Shown: piece by piece, positions 63,083 through 64,000 of the stretch | How the letters are laid out: every line of letters starts with the position of its first letter | How positions within the stretch are numbered: the stretch's first letter is position 1 | Source: an uncultured Actinomycetota bacterium | GTDB lineage: Bacteria > Actinomycetota > Actinomycetes > Propionibacteriales > Propionibacteriaceae | Assembly (NCBI GenBank): GCA_963784345.1 | Contig: CAWARE010000015.1 | Span: 763 to 64,762 of the forward strand | Direction of reading: 5' to 3' | Length of the DNA stretch: 64,000 nucleotides | Made by a program: the position numbers and the translations under genes | Notes under the pieces: model-generated | Told to the model about the DNA's origin: nothing | Databases searched by the model: none | What the model saw: only the letters and a program-made list of their open reading frames with translations

Positions 63083-64000
63083 CGATCCCGGCCAGGATCA
63101 AGATGCCGCCCACCGCCTGGATCGGCGTCGGGATCTGACCCAGCAGCACGGCGGCGAACACCACTGCCAAGATCACCTCCGACAACGCGACGAAGGAGGC
63201 GATCGAGCTGCCGAGCCGGCGCACCGCCTCGATCCCGGTGACGTACGCGAGCGCCGCCGACACCAGAGCCAGGGCGATGATCGGCACCCACCACTGCATG
63301 GTCTGCCCGGCGATGGTGACCGGCGCCGCGGCCACGGTCAGCGGCACGATCCCGATCAGACCGGCCAGCACCAGCACCACCGCCCCGACGCCGGTGCCCA
63401 CGGTGGTGAGCAGCAGTGCCGGGGACGACGAGCCGCTGCTCTCCGACATCACGAAGTAGACGCACAGGCACAGGGCCGCACCCAGACCCCAGAGCACCCC
63501 GACCAGGCTGACCCGGACGTCACCGGTCAGGTCCAGCACCAGCACCAGACCCGCCATGGCCAGAGCGGCGCCGACCAGCTTGGCCGCGCTCGGCCGCTGC
63601 CCGCGCCGCCACCAGAAGAAGCCGATCAGCAGCACCGGCGCCAGGTACTCCAGCAGCAGCGCCACGCCGACGGAGAGGTGCTGCACCGCGCTGAAGTAGC
63701 AGAGCTGGGCGCCCGCGACGGCGACCACCCCGTACGCGATCATCCGGCCGGTGGCGCGCCCGGTGGGCAGACCGGTGCGGCGGAGCAGCAGCAGGCAGGG
63801 CACGAGCAGGGCCAGGAACGCGCCACCGACCCGGGCCGCGACCACCGCAGCCGGGGACCAGCCGGTGACCAGCAGGCTGCTGGCCAGGGAACCCGACAAC
63901 GCGAAAGCCGCGGCCGACAGCAGGGCGATCGGCAGCCCGGTCCGGACGTCTACGGTGGTGCTGCCGGCGGCGAGCGGGGTCGCGGGCACGGTGGCGGTCA
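63021..64000 (-). CDS. EamA/DMT family transporter (start at or beyond the window edge)
   Basis: QLCYFSAVQHLSVGVALLLEYLAPV; RRLGSSIASFVALSEV; about 10 TM segments. Confidence 0.9.
   Translation of the reverse strand, partial: TATVPATPLAAGSTTVDVRTGLPIALLSAAAFALSGSLASSLLVTGWSPAAVVAARVGGAFLALLVPCLLLLRRTGLPTGRATGRMIAYGVVAVAGAQLCYFSAVQHLSVGVALLLEYLAPVLLIGFFWWRRGQRPSAAKLVGAALAMAGLVLVLDLTGDVRVSLVGVLWGLGAALCLCVYFVMSESSGSSSPALLLTTVGTGVGAVVLVLAGLIGIVPLTVAAAPVTIAGQTMQWWVPIIALALVSAALAYVTGIEAVRRLGSSIASFVALSEVILAVVFAAVLLGQIPTPIQAVGGILILAGIATVQARPGTLPLLGRPGRRR

Noticed and set aside
1-64000. Widespread frameshifts read as pseudogenisation or recoding
   Set aside because: They hit housekeeping genes (cobN, cobF, the reductase) as well, are single-base indels in GC runs, and leave motifs intact. 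This fits sequencing error. The 20809-20815 site was kept because the chaperone has a normal C-terminus and stop.

Overview
High-GC actinobacterial DNA; gene style suggests Propionibacteriales, which is inference. Many genes, including housekeeping ones, carry single-base indels. These look like uncorrected long-read errors, so split ORFs were joined by reading across frames. The main feature is a ~44 kb island (about 4.7-49.1 kb) built around a complete Streptomyces-type contractile injection system (CIS/eCIS): Pvc16/DUF4255, AAA+ ATPase, DUF4157, a tape-measure-like effector ending in an HAE/PCxxC deaminase, sheath, two tubes, chaperone plus DUF6760, LysM, VgrG, gp25, baseplate J and a P2 gpI-like wedge. 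No PAAR or tail fibre was recognised. The accessory set is unusually large and partly duplicated: two signal-less lysozyme-like/Ca-repeat cell-wall hydrolases with different second catalytic domains, two membrane TolB-like propellers (one fused to an Hsp70 ATPase domain), two Ig/FN3/SPOR-like membrane proteins, two CisA-like zinc-ribbon membrane proteins, a dynamin pair, a teichoic-acid polymerase, and BTAD and LuxR regulators. The first dynamin carries the same zinc-ribbon-W N-terminus as the CisA-like proteins. A TGCCC-N4-GGGCA palindrome recurs upstream of most island transcription units. A phage-style GGGGGAA -1 frameshift signal links the chaperone to DUF6760. The flanks hold two DUF222/HNH genes, methyltransferases, cobN/cobF/cobQ, an ArsR-MFS pair and an EamA transporter. 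All family assignments come from motif recognition; no searches were run.
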